Positions 12,801 through 24,500 of a stretch of 64,000 nucleotides of DNA are shown here, one piece after another. Position 1 is the stretch's first letter. Each line of letters begins with the position of its first letter. A model generated the notes under the pieces. The model did no database searches, was not told the origin of the DNA, and worked only from the letters and a program-made list of their open reading frames with translations. A program made the translations under genes and the position numbers. The DNA comes from Blastocystis sp. Blastoise (Eukaryota; Protista; Bigyra: Opalinata), in assembly GCA_039096225.1 (NCBI GenBank), contig JBBPEB010000006.1:62001-126000 (forward strand), in the 5' to 3' direction.

Positions 12801-15800
12801 CTTCTGAATATCCTCTCTTCTTCACGAGTACTGCAGGATCTATATATTCACTTCAATTATTCCTTAATAGTCGATGTGGACAAATACCTATAGATATCGA
12901 TCTCGAACAACGAATTAAAATCATTTTTATTAGTGATCGAAAAGGTATTTATTTTATTTATTTATTATTATTATTCTATATATATATATAGTTCCATTTC
13001 TTCCTACATATACCTTCTCCTATCTTTCTTCTTCTTCTCTTTATATATATTTAAAAGCTATCTATGTAGCTATATATGATATTTATATAACAGTAGATGG
13101 TATTCCTATTCATTATTCTCCATTTTTATCTGCATGGACAGTAACTCATGGTTCTCTTCTTCCTTCAAATACTATTTTTATACCACCAAATAAAACTACT
13201 ATTGTTGGTGTTATTCGTATATATATTTTTATTTAATATTTATTTTTTTTTTTATTTAATAATATATATAGATGATTTTGAAATATATTTTCGTGATGAA
13301 TATAATAATACAGTTCCTACAACATTATTTACAGGAACAATTCTATTAAATACAGATCAATCTTATTTCTTTACTTCAAAAGAAGGTATTTTATATATTT
13401 ATTATTATTATATATATATAGATCCATTACATGAAAAATTAATATATCAATTTGTTTCTTATACTTCAGAATCTGTTTATTTTAGATGGATGTATATTTA
13501 TATAATTATAAATAAATTTATAATAATATTTCTATAGTGTGAATGGTTTATCTGTGATTAATACTCCATTCCAATTATCAGTATATAGTGATGTTCCTTC
13601 TTATCTCTACTCTTCTATCTCTACTATCTATTCTATTATTCCTTTATATAGAAGTGTTGATGTATATATATAATAATAATAATAATAAAAATAATATATA
13701 TAGTTTACATTAATAGTAAGAGATCGTTATTATAATTTAGTGAATCAGAATAATTTTATAATAAAATTATATGTAACATCTTCAGAAGGATTTGATATTC
13801 CTTTATTTCCAGGTGAATCCGATCAATTCTTTAGTTATAGAATCACTATGGATTCTACTTCACAATATACATTATCCATTCGTTTCTTTCGTGAGATTTC
13901 TAATGGTCATTTATATGTACGTCTTCTCAATAAAGAAGAAGAAGATATTGATACAATTAATTCTTATATATATTGTACTATTCAAAGTAGAATTAGTCCT
14001 AATGATTGCTCTAAAACTGAAATCTATATATCCTTTTATTTTATTTTATATTTTATTCTCTCAATAATAATATTATATATTTTTCTTAATTCTACTTTTT
14101 ACAGTCCTATTAGTTTTGCAGGTACATTAACGTATATGTATATATATACAAGAGATATATATGATGATGGATATTGTTTAGATAATCGAAGAGATAAATA
14201 TAAAGTGTATATTAAAGGTGATGGAGATGTATATATATATATATTTATTTATTAAATAATAATATTATATAGTATACTCAGAAATCCTTTTATTCATTTT
14301 CAACATCTCCTTCTCTTGATATATATACACAAGAATATCAATATACTTCTATTTGTCCTCTTTATACATTTATTCATTTACCTTCAAAAGTTAGAAATAT
14401 AACTGTGAAAATAGATTGTTTATCTGAAGATAATATTTGGTCCTCTTTAGAATGGAATATCACTTCTATACCTTCTACTGAAATGTATATTAATTATTAT
14501 TATTATTCTCTTATATATATATAGTATATCTACAATAAAAGTAACTCACGATTCTCTTTATACTGCTGGTGATATTATTCCTATAAACATCAAATTCTTT
14601 GATATGTAATTAATTATTATTCTTTATTTATTATTTATAGATATAATAATTCAGTAATTAATTTACAAAGTGTGTATAAAATATGTGATTATAGTTATGT
14701 AGAAGATCGAAATACTTATTATGATGTTATGAATCCAGATTCAATAAGTCTTCTTAGTACATGTTCTATACCTGCTAAAGTATCAGGATTCCATAAGATT
14801 TCATTGATTACATTAGTTTCTGGAAATATCTATGATTCTTATCTAAGTATATATATTTATAATATATATAATATATATAATAGCTGTTGTTCCTGGTACT
14901 CTTTATATTGCTCATACTGATATTCATGGGACTGGAATTGAATTTGTTTCTTATTGTGATTCTACTAATATTTCTATTTGTGGAGATATCTATATGAATT
15001 TAAAAGTATTTATTTATTATTATGATTATTATATATTTATAATAGGATGAATATTTTAATTCATTGAATGCTACATATTATATTGAAGAAGGTGGATATT
15101 CAAAAGAAGATCCTTCTTTTTCTATATATAATCATGAAGGAGAATATATTGATATAGATATTCGACGAGCTGATACTTTAGAAGATACTCCTTTTACTGT
15201 AGATAAACATATACTCAATAATACGTATATTTAATATTATTATTTATTTATTATTTATTTATTTATAGTATTCATATTCATTATATTGTTGAAATGTCTT
15301 CTATTATTGGTCTTACTGAATCAGAATATCCTTATTTATATATACGTCTATTCTTTCAAAATAAACAAGATAATCTATTCTCTAAAGATATTCCTATTAC
15401 TCTATCTTCTCTTCCTTATTCTCTATTCATGTATATTATATAATTTATTTTTTTAATTATTTTATATATATTTATAGATTAACATCTCCTCTTAAATTTC
15501 ATGTATCATCGATATTAAATGCCAATTTAGAAACTGATCCATTCTTTTCATTTCAAATATTTGATGAAAATCAACATATTATTACGGGTCAACAATCTAA
15601 TCTTAAATGGTATTCTATTATTATTTTATAAATATAAATATATATTTATATAGGATCAATATAGATGAAGATTATTATGATGGAATCATGTATATAGTTG
15701 AAACTACATCACTTGGTACTTATAAATATCCTTTTATATATATATATTAATAATAATAATTAAATACTATTATTTTCTTTAATCTATATACAACTATACC

Positions 15801-16278
15801 TCATCTTCCTACTGCTCGTAATTATACGTTTATATTATTATATAATAATATGCCTATATTGGATACATCAGTGACAATTACTACATTCACATGTTTAAAG
15901 TATTCTTTATCATCAACCTATTCAGGAACATTCAGTATGGGATTTGTACCTGAAATAAGAAGAGAATTAGATGTTATTGTTAAAGATATTCATAATAATG
16001 AAATGTATATTTATTTTTTTTATTAATACTATATTTATAGTCCTATTCCTATAAATCAACAATTCAATTTAACTTCTTCTCCTCCTCTTCTCTATTCTTA
16101 TACTCTTAATAATAATCATATTCATGTATATATATATAATAATAATATATAATTAATATTTATATAGTTTCTAATAGATTCTCCTCTTCATCTTTCTTCT
16201 TATCGAGATCTATATACTATTACTATTTCTACATCCTTTGAAGATAAACCCTATATGAAATACTTCCTACCACTATGA
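9866..16278 (+). CDS. Large secreted protein with a fibro-slime (PA14-like) domain followed by Ig/filamin-like repeats, many introns
   Basis: Signal peptide MRIFYLLLFIYTTCLAA. Spliced exons at ~11380-11870 give PTYFPL...WFTMKTNLFF...FETNNGLWVFINKHLFLDYGG...LGLIPGITYSISIFFASRTCG, matching the fibro-slime pattern. Recurring RDxYxN/DIHNN motifs (RDEYNN, RDRYYN) are typical of filamin/invasin-like Ig repeats. Final exon ends ...KYFLPL*. Confidence 0.7.
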
Positions 16279-17559
16279 GTCAGGTTTCTATATAAAGACT
16301 ATATAAAGAGAGGTTTTAACATCAGACGGAATCAGAAAATTTTCAGCTTATTTTTAAGTATTAGGAAAGACAACAATATATTTGGAAAATTCATAAGAAA
16401 ATAAAAACATCTTTAAGAATGACCCAATGAAAATGCTATTTTCTTTTATATCAGCCAATGATACATATTTAAAATGAAACAATTTAATTATTATTCAAGT
16501 ATTAAAAGAAAATAATAAAGAATAAAAAAGAAAAACTAAGTTATATGAAAAAAATTTTATTGTAAATCAAGTAGTCTAGATACATATTGATATTCGATAA
16601 CAGCACTGAATCTTTTAATACCTATATATAAAGATAGACTCAGAATGTAAAGAATAAAAAGAAATGTATGTATATACCCTCTAAGAGAGCTATTGTAAAG
16701 GACATGAGTTAAGCTTGATATCATATTTCAATTGCTAGAATGTAATTAGTAAAAACAATACTTTTCAACACTATTGGTTTTTGATTATTTGAGTAAATAA
16801 TAATATAATATACCTACAGAATAAGTAATAGAATATATATATATGCCTAATTCATAATTGCATTCATTTGCTTATTATTTGGATAATATAAAGAAATTTA
16901 TATACTATTATATGCAAAAAATAATAAAAATATATTTTATTAAATATCTAAAAAATATATATTATATGAAGATTGAGAATTGTAAAAAGAGCCATCTTTC
17001 TATTTATATATAAAAATTTTATAAAATTGGTTTAAATCTAGGGGATAGATAAAAATATCCGTTTTTCTCTTTTTTTATACTAAAAAGTCTTTACTAAACA
17101 AAAGTCTATTAATAATACTTTAAACAACTTATAAGCTTTTATTTTTATTAATAACATTTAAAGATTATTAACAAAATAAATTTTAAGAGTTTTAGAGAAT
17201 GAAGTCTTAATTGCACTTATATATTGATTCTATTGATATATTAGTATGATATAATTGATAAAAAAATAGTAATTACAAAAAAATAATAGCTTCTATATGT
17301 TTATGTTTATCTAATTAGTGCATTCTTAAAAAAAATAACTCATTTTATTCTTCTATATTTATTAGAGTAGAAATAAGTTACTATGAATGATTTAAAAATA
17401 TAAAAAATAATTTAAATTGTTATGCTGAAAAATATATCAAAAGTAATAGGTAATATAAAAATATTATTTAATTATTAAAAAATTTTGTAATGACATTTAT
17501 TTATCATAAAGTTTAATATAAATCTATTTTGAATAAAACACATAAAGATTTTAAAAAAA

Positions 17560-18730
17560 GAATAATATTAATAATACACGAAAAATGTATATATTCACTG
17601 AATTCATAATATATATATAGTAATAGAATAAGGAAGAAGAGTAGTTACTATAAAGTATATCACTTTTATATAGGCTATTTCTTTTGATATATTAATTGGA
17701 ATAGAAAAAGTAGAATAGAATGAAGATAATAAATCATATAAAAAATTAAATAATGAAGATTTTTTTGAAAGAGGTTATTATAATTGAATGAATATATATA
17801 TATTATATTAAATAAGTCTATATAACATATATAATACTAATTTATATATATATATATATATACATTTCATCTTTTATAAAGTTTGAATAATTTTTATAAT
17901 TAAATTATTTTCATTCATAAATATACTAATAATATTATCCTTTCTTTATACGTTCATAAAAAACACTTATATATTCTTTCATAATATATTCTATTATATC
18001 AATAATAAATACTAATGCTTCTTTACGATATACTCTTAATAATTGATATATATATAAAATGAAAGAAGGATATAAACAGAAAGGTGATATATAGTTGAAG
18101 TGAAGAAAGTGAAAGGATGTATATATATCTATTATATTATGTCTATATAAATATATATAAATGATACAATAAATATAATAAATATAATAATAATAAATAT
18201 ATACTCATCTATATTTTTATATATAAAATGACAGAGAAAAATCAATCTAAATATATAAATGTTTCAAATTCAATTATAGTCTTTTAATCGTATATCTATA
18301 TATAAAATTTATTAGCATAAAAAATTTAATAATAAAAATATTATTTAAAATATATAAATAAAAAAATGACAAATACTATTATAAATAAATATAAAAAATA
18401 AATTAATAAAATAATAATAATAATAAAAAAAAAGTAATTATAATATACTAAATAAAAATATTCATCTAAACTGACACAGAAAACAAAGGATTTCCTTTGA
18501 AGAACAGTAAGTTACTTCATACTATAAAATGAATCAAATAAATATAACTAATTTAAAAAGTAATTATATACTGAAAGTATTTTTCACAAAGCTAAATAAT
18601 CTTTGAGAACACATAACGCGATTTCAAAATGAAAGAAATTTCCTCATCTTTAAAAACCTGACTCCTAAATAGATAAAAAAAACTAAGTAAAATAAAATAT
18701 AAAAAAAAACATATTTAGAAGGAGGACATT
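17560..18730 (-). pseudogene. Possible degenerate or unresolved multi-exon gene
   Basis: Exon-like blocks between gt..tag AT-rich introns (e.g. HNIIDIYTSFHFLHFNYISPFCLYPSF..., EYIMKEYISVFYERIKK). I could not join them into one open frame. Confidence 0.2.
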
Positions 18731-19341
18731 GAACCTAAATAAAACATAATGTATTAAAATCAAATATAAAAAATCATACATCAAGTTTATAATAAAAAGA
18801 AAAAAAGAAATCCAATTTCAATTTTTTTTTTTTTTTTTTTAATATAAAAACTTTGAATAACAAAAAGTGACTATTTGAAAAAAGAAATCACTATTTTATA
18901 AACATCAAAAAATAAGTTATTTTCTCTATATTATCATCCTATAAAGCCTAATAAATACCTTTTGACACTTTTAGTTGAAAATAAGTCAGCATTTCCAAAC
19001 AACTAATGCTAAGAAAACAAACATAAAATGCAACTCTACTCTGTTAGAAAAGCACTCTATTAACTAAATATCAATTCAATAAGCTCATATCAAATAAATA
19101 AATAAAAATTGAAAAGAAATATTTACTAAAAATTCATTTTTCTTTTCTTTTTATAAATAATCATTCTTTATACCACTTTTTGGAAGCTCAATTTTCTTCA
19201 GAAAACTATTTGACAATTCAATAAAATAAGCCAATTAAATAAGTTAATTAAAAAAACCATCCTGTGTCATAGAGAATCACGAAAAAATTGTCTCAGCTAT
19301 AATACAATCAAAAGAAAAGTTGTCATGATGATTTACTAATT

Positions 19342-19375
19342 TATTTTTCAAATTTTTATGGAAAATTTCAATTTT
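19342..19375. repeat. Left inverted repeat of the YR element
   Basis: Its reverse complement aaaattgaaattttccat--aaaaatttgaaaaata aligns to 21111-21146 aaaatcgaaaatttccatttaaaaatttgaaaaata with 2 mismatches and a 2-nt indel. Confidence 0.6.
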
Positions 19376-19453
19376 TTTAACAAAACAAAAAAACCTGAAA
19401 ACAATTCAGTTTACAATTGAAAAAGACTGAAAACAAAGTGTTTTCAAGTCATT

Positions 19454-20595
19454 TTAAATAGAAAATTCTTGGGAAATCGTTTGAGACTGATTTATTTCTT
19501 TTTGACGCACTACATTTATATTAATAGTAGTTGATGTTAAACTGCAGTTATTAAATAAAGCAGACATAACATTCCCCAGTTGATCGCGAGTAGGAGAAAC
19601 AGAAACAGAAACCATATCAGCATTCTTCTTCTTTGGAGATGGAGGTAAGATTCTTTTAGCTAATTCTAATCTTCTCTTATTAGTATTTCCAACATAATGA
19701 CTAGCTACATCATGTCCTTTCCACCTTCCTTGCTTCATGAGATCATCAGATGTCGCACCATGTTCAGCAGCAAGAGTCGCCATCGTTCTTCTGAAGCAGT
19801 GTCCTGTGTAAGCATCAGGATTTTCAAGTCCAAGGAGTGTAGCTATTCTACGAGGATAATCACCAATTGCCTTTATTCCAGTCTTTCTCATATCAAATGT
19901 ATCATCAGTAACAGATGGAAAAAGGGGTCCTTCTGGATCAGTTGGCAAGGTATCATAGTATTTCTTCACTATATTATATAGCTTGTAATCATTCTCTTTC
20001 TCTCTTGGTACTATTGCAATAAATCCTTCACCAGACTGGTCTGTTTTGCTCCTTTCAATATTAATATGAACACCATCAGAAAGAAACTATATAAGTATAT
20101 TATTATCTATATATATATATTAATTACTTCTAAATCTTTTCTCTTTAAATCATAGATTTCGCTACGACGCATTCCAGCGTGAAGGGCTATCACCATACAA
20201 GCTTTCAACTGTATCATCTTCAAATCATTGTATGGATTATCAAGAAATTGCCGGCATTGTTCTTCTGAAAAGAAAGGGGTTTGTTTCGGAGGAGGACACA
20301 ACTTGGTATAGTTACGTAGAGCACATTTAATATTCTCAACTGTTACCTGGTTTATGATATAGCTTTCCTTAGCTGATATCATTCTATATGTAGCACAGAG
20401 ACGGGTTTTAATTGTTTTAGGCTTCATTTTATTATCTATAAGATATTGTATATAGGATTCTAATAATACTTCCCTTGTTTTCTCATTTTTAGGATCATGC
20501 TGTTTAGAGTAATCACAAAATTGATTATAATAAATAGTATATCGTGGGGCACTTTTAGAAGGTATTATATTCTTAAGTTCCGTTATCTCACTCAT
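19454..20595 (-). CDS. Tyrosine recombinase (phage integrase/Cre-like, Crypton-type), 366 aa, 2 exons
   Basis: Exon 1 20595-20128, a 41-nt GT-AG intron 20127-20087, and exon 2 20086-19454 join in frame (...DLKRKDLE|FLSDGVHINIERSKTDQSGEG...). The catalytic set is complete: R in HAGMRRSE, K in RSKTDQ, HxxR in GHCFRR, W in GRWK, Y in SHYV. The helical N-terminal region resembles a core-binding domain. Confidence 0.93.
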
Positions 20596-21110
20596 ATCAA
20601 AAATAAAAAATAATTAAAAATGTAATGTCAAATAAATTTGTTACTAGTTATTTATATTTTAATCTTGTTTACTATGTATATTATGAAATATGTGTTTAAT
20701 AATCATCTATTTGTATTAAATTCATTATAAAAATGTACAGTTATTTTTATTTTCATTTAAAACATTGTAAAAGACATACATAACTAAATAACTAATAAAA
20801 TAAATATAATATGATAGTATAGTTATATTCATGACCAGTTTATATATCAATATTTGCCTTTAATAAAGTCATAGAAATAGAAATATCTAGTTTGGACAAT
20901 ATTTATAAAAAATGTCAAAATATCAAATATTAATTTATTAATCACTCATATATTATGTTATGCTATTAGTTAGTGGTGCTAAGAGGAATATTAATTCTTA
21001 TTTTTCTTTAAATATAGTATGAGATAGAATCATTCATTAATGAATTAATGTTTTCATAGCTTAAGTATGTAGTAACATTTCATGTAAATAATGGTTCTGT
21101 TATATTATAT

Positions 21111-21146
21111 AAAATCGAAAATTTCCATTTAAAAATTTGAAAAATA
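21111..21146. repeat. Right inverted repeat of the YR element
   Basis: Inverted partner of 19342-19375. It directly abuts or overlaps the base of the long hairpin. Confidence 0.6.
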
Positions 21147-21148
21147 CC

Positions 21149-21282
21149 TTTTGGATGTTTTCTTTATGAAAATTTGGTAATATTTCAGGTATTTTTTATT
21201 TCACTTGATTTCCCTTCGGGAAATACAACTGAAATACAAAAATAACCTGAAAATTACCAAATTTTCATAAAAACACCCAAAA
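21149..21282. repeat. Long imperfect palindrome / hairpin (~65-bp arms, 3-nt loop)
   Basis: Left arm ttttggatgttttctttatgaaaatttggtaatatttcaggtattttttatttcacttgatttccc (21149-21214), loop ttc (21215-21217), right arm gggaaatacaactgaaatacaaaaataacctgaaaattaccaaattttcataaaaacacccaaaa (21218-21282). Weaker pairing extends to ~21136/21296. Confidence 0.9.
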
Positions 21283-21585
21283 TATATTATTCCAAAAACA
21301 AAGAAGACAAATCACCTGAATATCTATTATAATCATGATTACTCATAATTCAGAAAAATAAAAATTCTGAGTTGACGCTATCATAAATAGCGAACAATAA
21401 GCCAATAAAATGCTTATATCTTGATATAAGCCAATTATCTCCGTCGAAATTGTTGTCTTTTCTCCAATATGAAATTTTTAAATGTCATTTTTCTCCTTTT
21501 CGGAGATTCTTCGTATCACGATGTTTCACTAAAAATATTTTTTTATTTTCATTCCATTTTATCTATAAAAAATTTTGTTTATATT

Positions 21586-24500
21586 ATGATTATACTTCAA
21601 TTCATAGTTTTCTTTGTGTTCACACTATTATGTATGTCTTTTTATTTCGCAATACTTTAAAATGTTTCATTCAACTGTTTTAATATATCATTTTAGATGT
21701 TCAAGCTTGCTCTTCTGATGAACATGAAATCATTGTCAAGCGTTATTATGCAAAGAATGCTGGTGAAATCGTTCAACTTTATTCTGGTGATTCTGCTAAT
21801 TTAAGAAACACACTTGTTTTTAATGATGAATCTGATGCTTCTCAAGATACAGTTGCTGATTATAAAGTTTGTATCGATGGATATACTGATTATAATCTAG
21901 AATTGATGTCAAAGTATATCCATGAAATTGTTGATTTTATTGTTTTTTTATAGGAACTCTCCTACATGGGCTGATGGATCCCTTATAACACTGACTTATA
22001 ACGAAATTATTCTTGTGAGAACAAGTCTGAGTAAAGATGGTAATGAAAAGAAAGTGATCAAGTTAAACTGTATGTATTTTTTTTTTTAACTTTTTTATAG
22101 GTATAAATTATTTTTTGTTTAACTTTTTTATATGTATAGTATATATTTCTATACTTTTAATTATAAATATATATTTTAATATTTATTTATATTTTTTTGT
22201 ATTTGCTAATCTAATATATATTATTATATAGTATCTTCTCTTGTTGATTCAAGAATGAATTGGAGATATTCTACAAAGGTTGATGCTGCTTCTTGGAAGG
22301 AAAAAAAGATAAAAGAATTTGGTGAAGACTATAACAATAAAGAAATCAAGAATGCTGGTTCTAGTGTTTATTTTAGAAAGGATATAACTGTAGATAACTC
22401 GTTTGCTGTTCTTCAATTATCTATTCAAAGTCAAAGTGGATTCATTGTTTATGTTAATGGAATTCAAGTGTATACTTATTTATTACCTGAGTATATTTAT
22501 TTTTATAATATTTAATAAACACATATTTATATATAGATCTTCTAAAATCAATGAAAATACTCCTTCTCAGTCTCTTGTAGATACTCCTGCATATAAACAG
22601 TATATATAATGTTAACATTACTCTATAATATATATAGTATTATAGTTTCTAAAGAATTACTTGGTTCCTCTGTGTCTCTTACTACATTAAAAATAGCTAT
22701 TGAATTACATACTAAAGAAGATCATCTTGAACTTCTTTCTTCTTTTGATGCTCTCACCTATATTACAAATCCTAAAGGTATATATAAATAATAATTAATT
22801 AATAATATATATAATATAGATTCTATTGATACCCTTTCTATATATACCTCTCGAAGATTATTGGATACAAATGAATATACTATGATACTCTTTGAAGATA
22901 ATCAATCTATTGATTTCTCGACTATAGTATCTCCTATATTATCGAATTGTGTTCTATCTCCTGATTTACCTATTGGTTTAACTATATCTTCTAATGGTAT
23001 TCTTTCTGGTACTCCTAAAGAAGTTAAATCTGCTGAATATACTCTATCTTATAATTATGGTGATGATGCTAGTTTTTCAGATACTTATAAATTTAATCTT
23101 AAAATTTTATGTAATCCTATAAATTGTGCACATATTCGTGTTAATAGAATTACATTCTATTATGCTTCTTATGAAAAAGTTGTTATTAAATCAGAAGATG
23201 GAAATGAAATAGATACTTTAATTCAAAATGATAATACAAAGAAAAATTATGATTATTATGGTCCTGTAGGTACTTGGTCTTTTGAACTACTTATAGAAAT
23301 TAATGGTGTGTGGTCTAATAGATCAATGATGACAGTATATATTATAGATGATCTTAGTGATACATCTATTCCTGTAACTAGAATAAGAACTATTTCTAAG
23401 TCTCATGAAACATATTATGTTAATACTAATTATTCTATGTTAATGAGATCTGAATGGAAATATAATACTTATGATTCTTTACCTACAGAATGGTATGGAT
23501 CTTCTGCAGATGATTCTAGTTGGTTTACTATTATAGGTGGTACTATTATTTTTCCTAGTGGTATTAATCAGTATTTTGTATTCCGTAAAACTATTCATAC
23601 TCCTTCTATTGTTAATCAAAAGTATTTTATATTAAACTATAAAACAGTATCGAATACAAAGATTTATATAAATAATCATGAGCTCTCAACACATAGATTT
23701 AAAGATGGCTATTTAGATTCGACAGATTCCTCTACTATAATAGAACAAACAGCAACAGGTCGTCTCTCTCTATTTGACAATCAAGATACTATTACTATTT
23801 CTGTATTACTATATGATAAACAAAATACTATTGATATATCTTTTGATGCTTCTCTTATAATGGCTGTAGATACTAGTCTTCCAGTTTATGGTGATTTTGA
23901 TGTTACATTATCTAACTATTTTATTTTCTCTAATGATGATTCTTTTCTAGACTTGAACATTAAATCATTTATAAGTATTGTAGGTAACGGAGATAAATCA
24001 AGCCCTATAATTTCAATAGCAACTAAAGATGGATATAAATATATAAATAGATATTGTATAACTTATCCTAGTAATAATTTTGAATTTGCTTTAACATCAT
24101 GGAAAGTAGAATCTATAGATATAAATGGTTATCGTCATGAACACTCAGTTGTAGCGGATGCATTTACATCAAGTAATGATCCAAGAAGAAAATGTTTCTT
24201 CTTGTCAGATGTCACCACAGGAATCAATCAATTAGAATTTACATTAATGAATAATATAATTAATAAAGCTAAGAATGATTATACTATATCTGAAATTGAA
24301 TTATTCGTCGATGATATTACTTCTGATATATTACCATCATTAGTTCCCTTTTCTAATCCTTATTATGCTTATGATAATACTACTCTATCTATATCATTCA
24401 CTAATTCGGAATACTATCATGATTTTACTATAACTCCTTCTCTTCCTGATGGGCTAACATTTGATACTACTACTGGTTCTATATATGGTATTATTCATGG

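Larger units (their letters stand above)
19342..21296 (-). mobile_element. Crypton-like tyrosine-recombinase element or invertible segment with terminal inverted repeats and a right-end hairpin
   Basis: Stand-alone YR gene, inverted repeats at 19342-19375 and 21111-21146, and a long palindrome at 21149-21282. No RT/RNaseH/gag or DDE transposase nearby, and no target-site duplication seen. Boundaries are inferred. Confidence 0.6.

Noticed and set aside
19697-19981. Plus-strand 94-aa ORF overlapping the recombinase
   Set aside because: Antisense shadow of the YR exon with no recognisable motifs.
19454-20595. Bacterial/phage contamination, DIRS retrotransposon, or Starship-like giant element carrying the neighbouring genes
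   Set aside because: The gene has a host-style spliceosomal intron and contiguous eukaryotic flanks. No RT/RNaseH/gag is present. No distant matching boundary was found that would define cargo.
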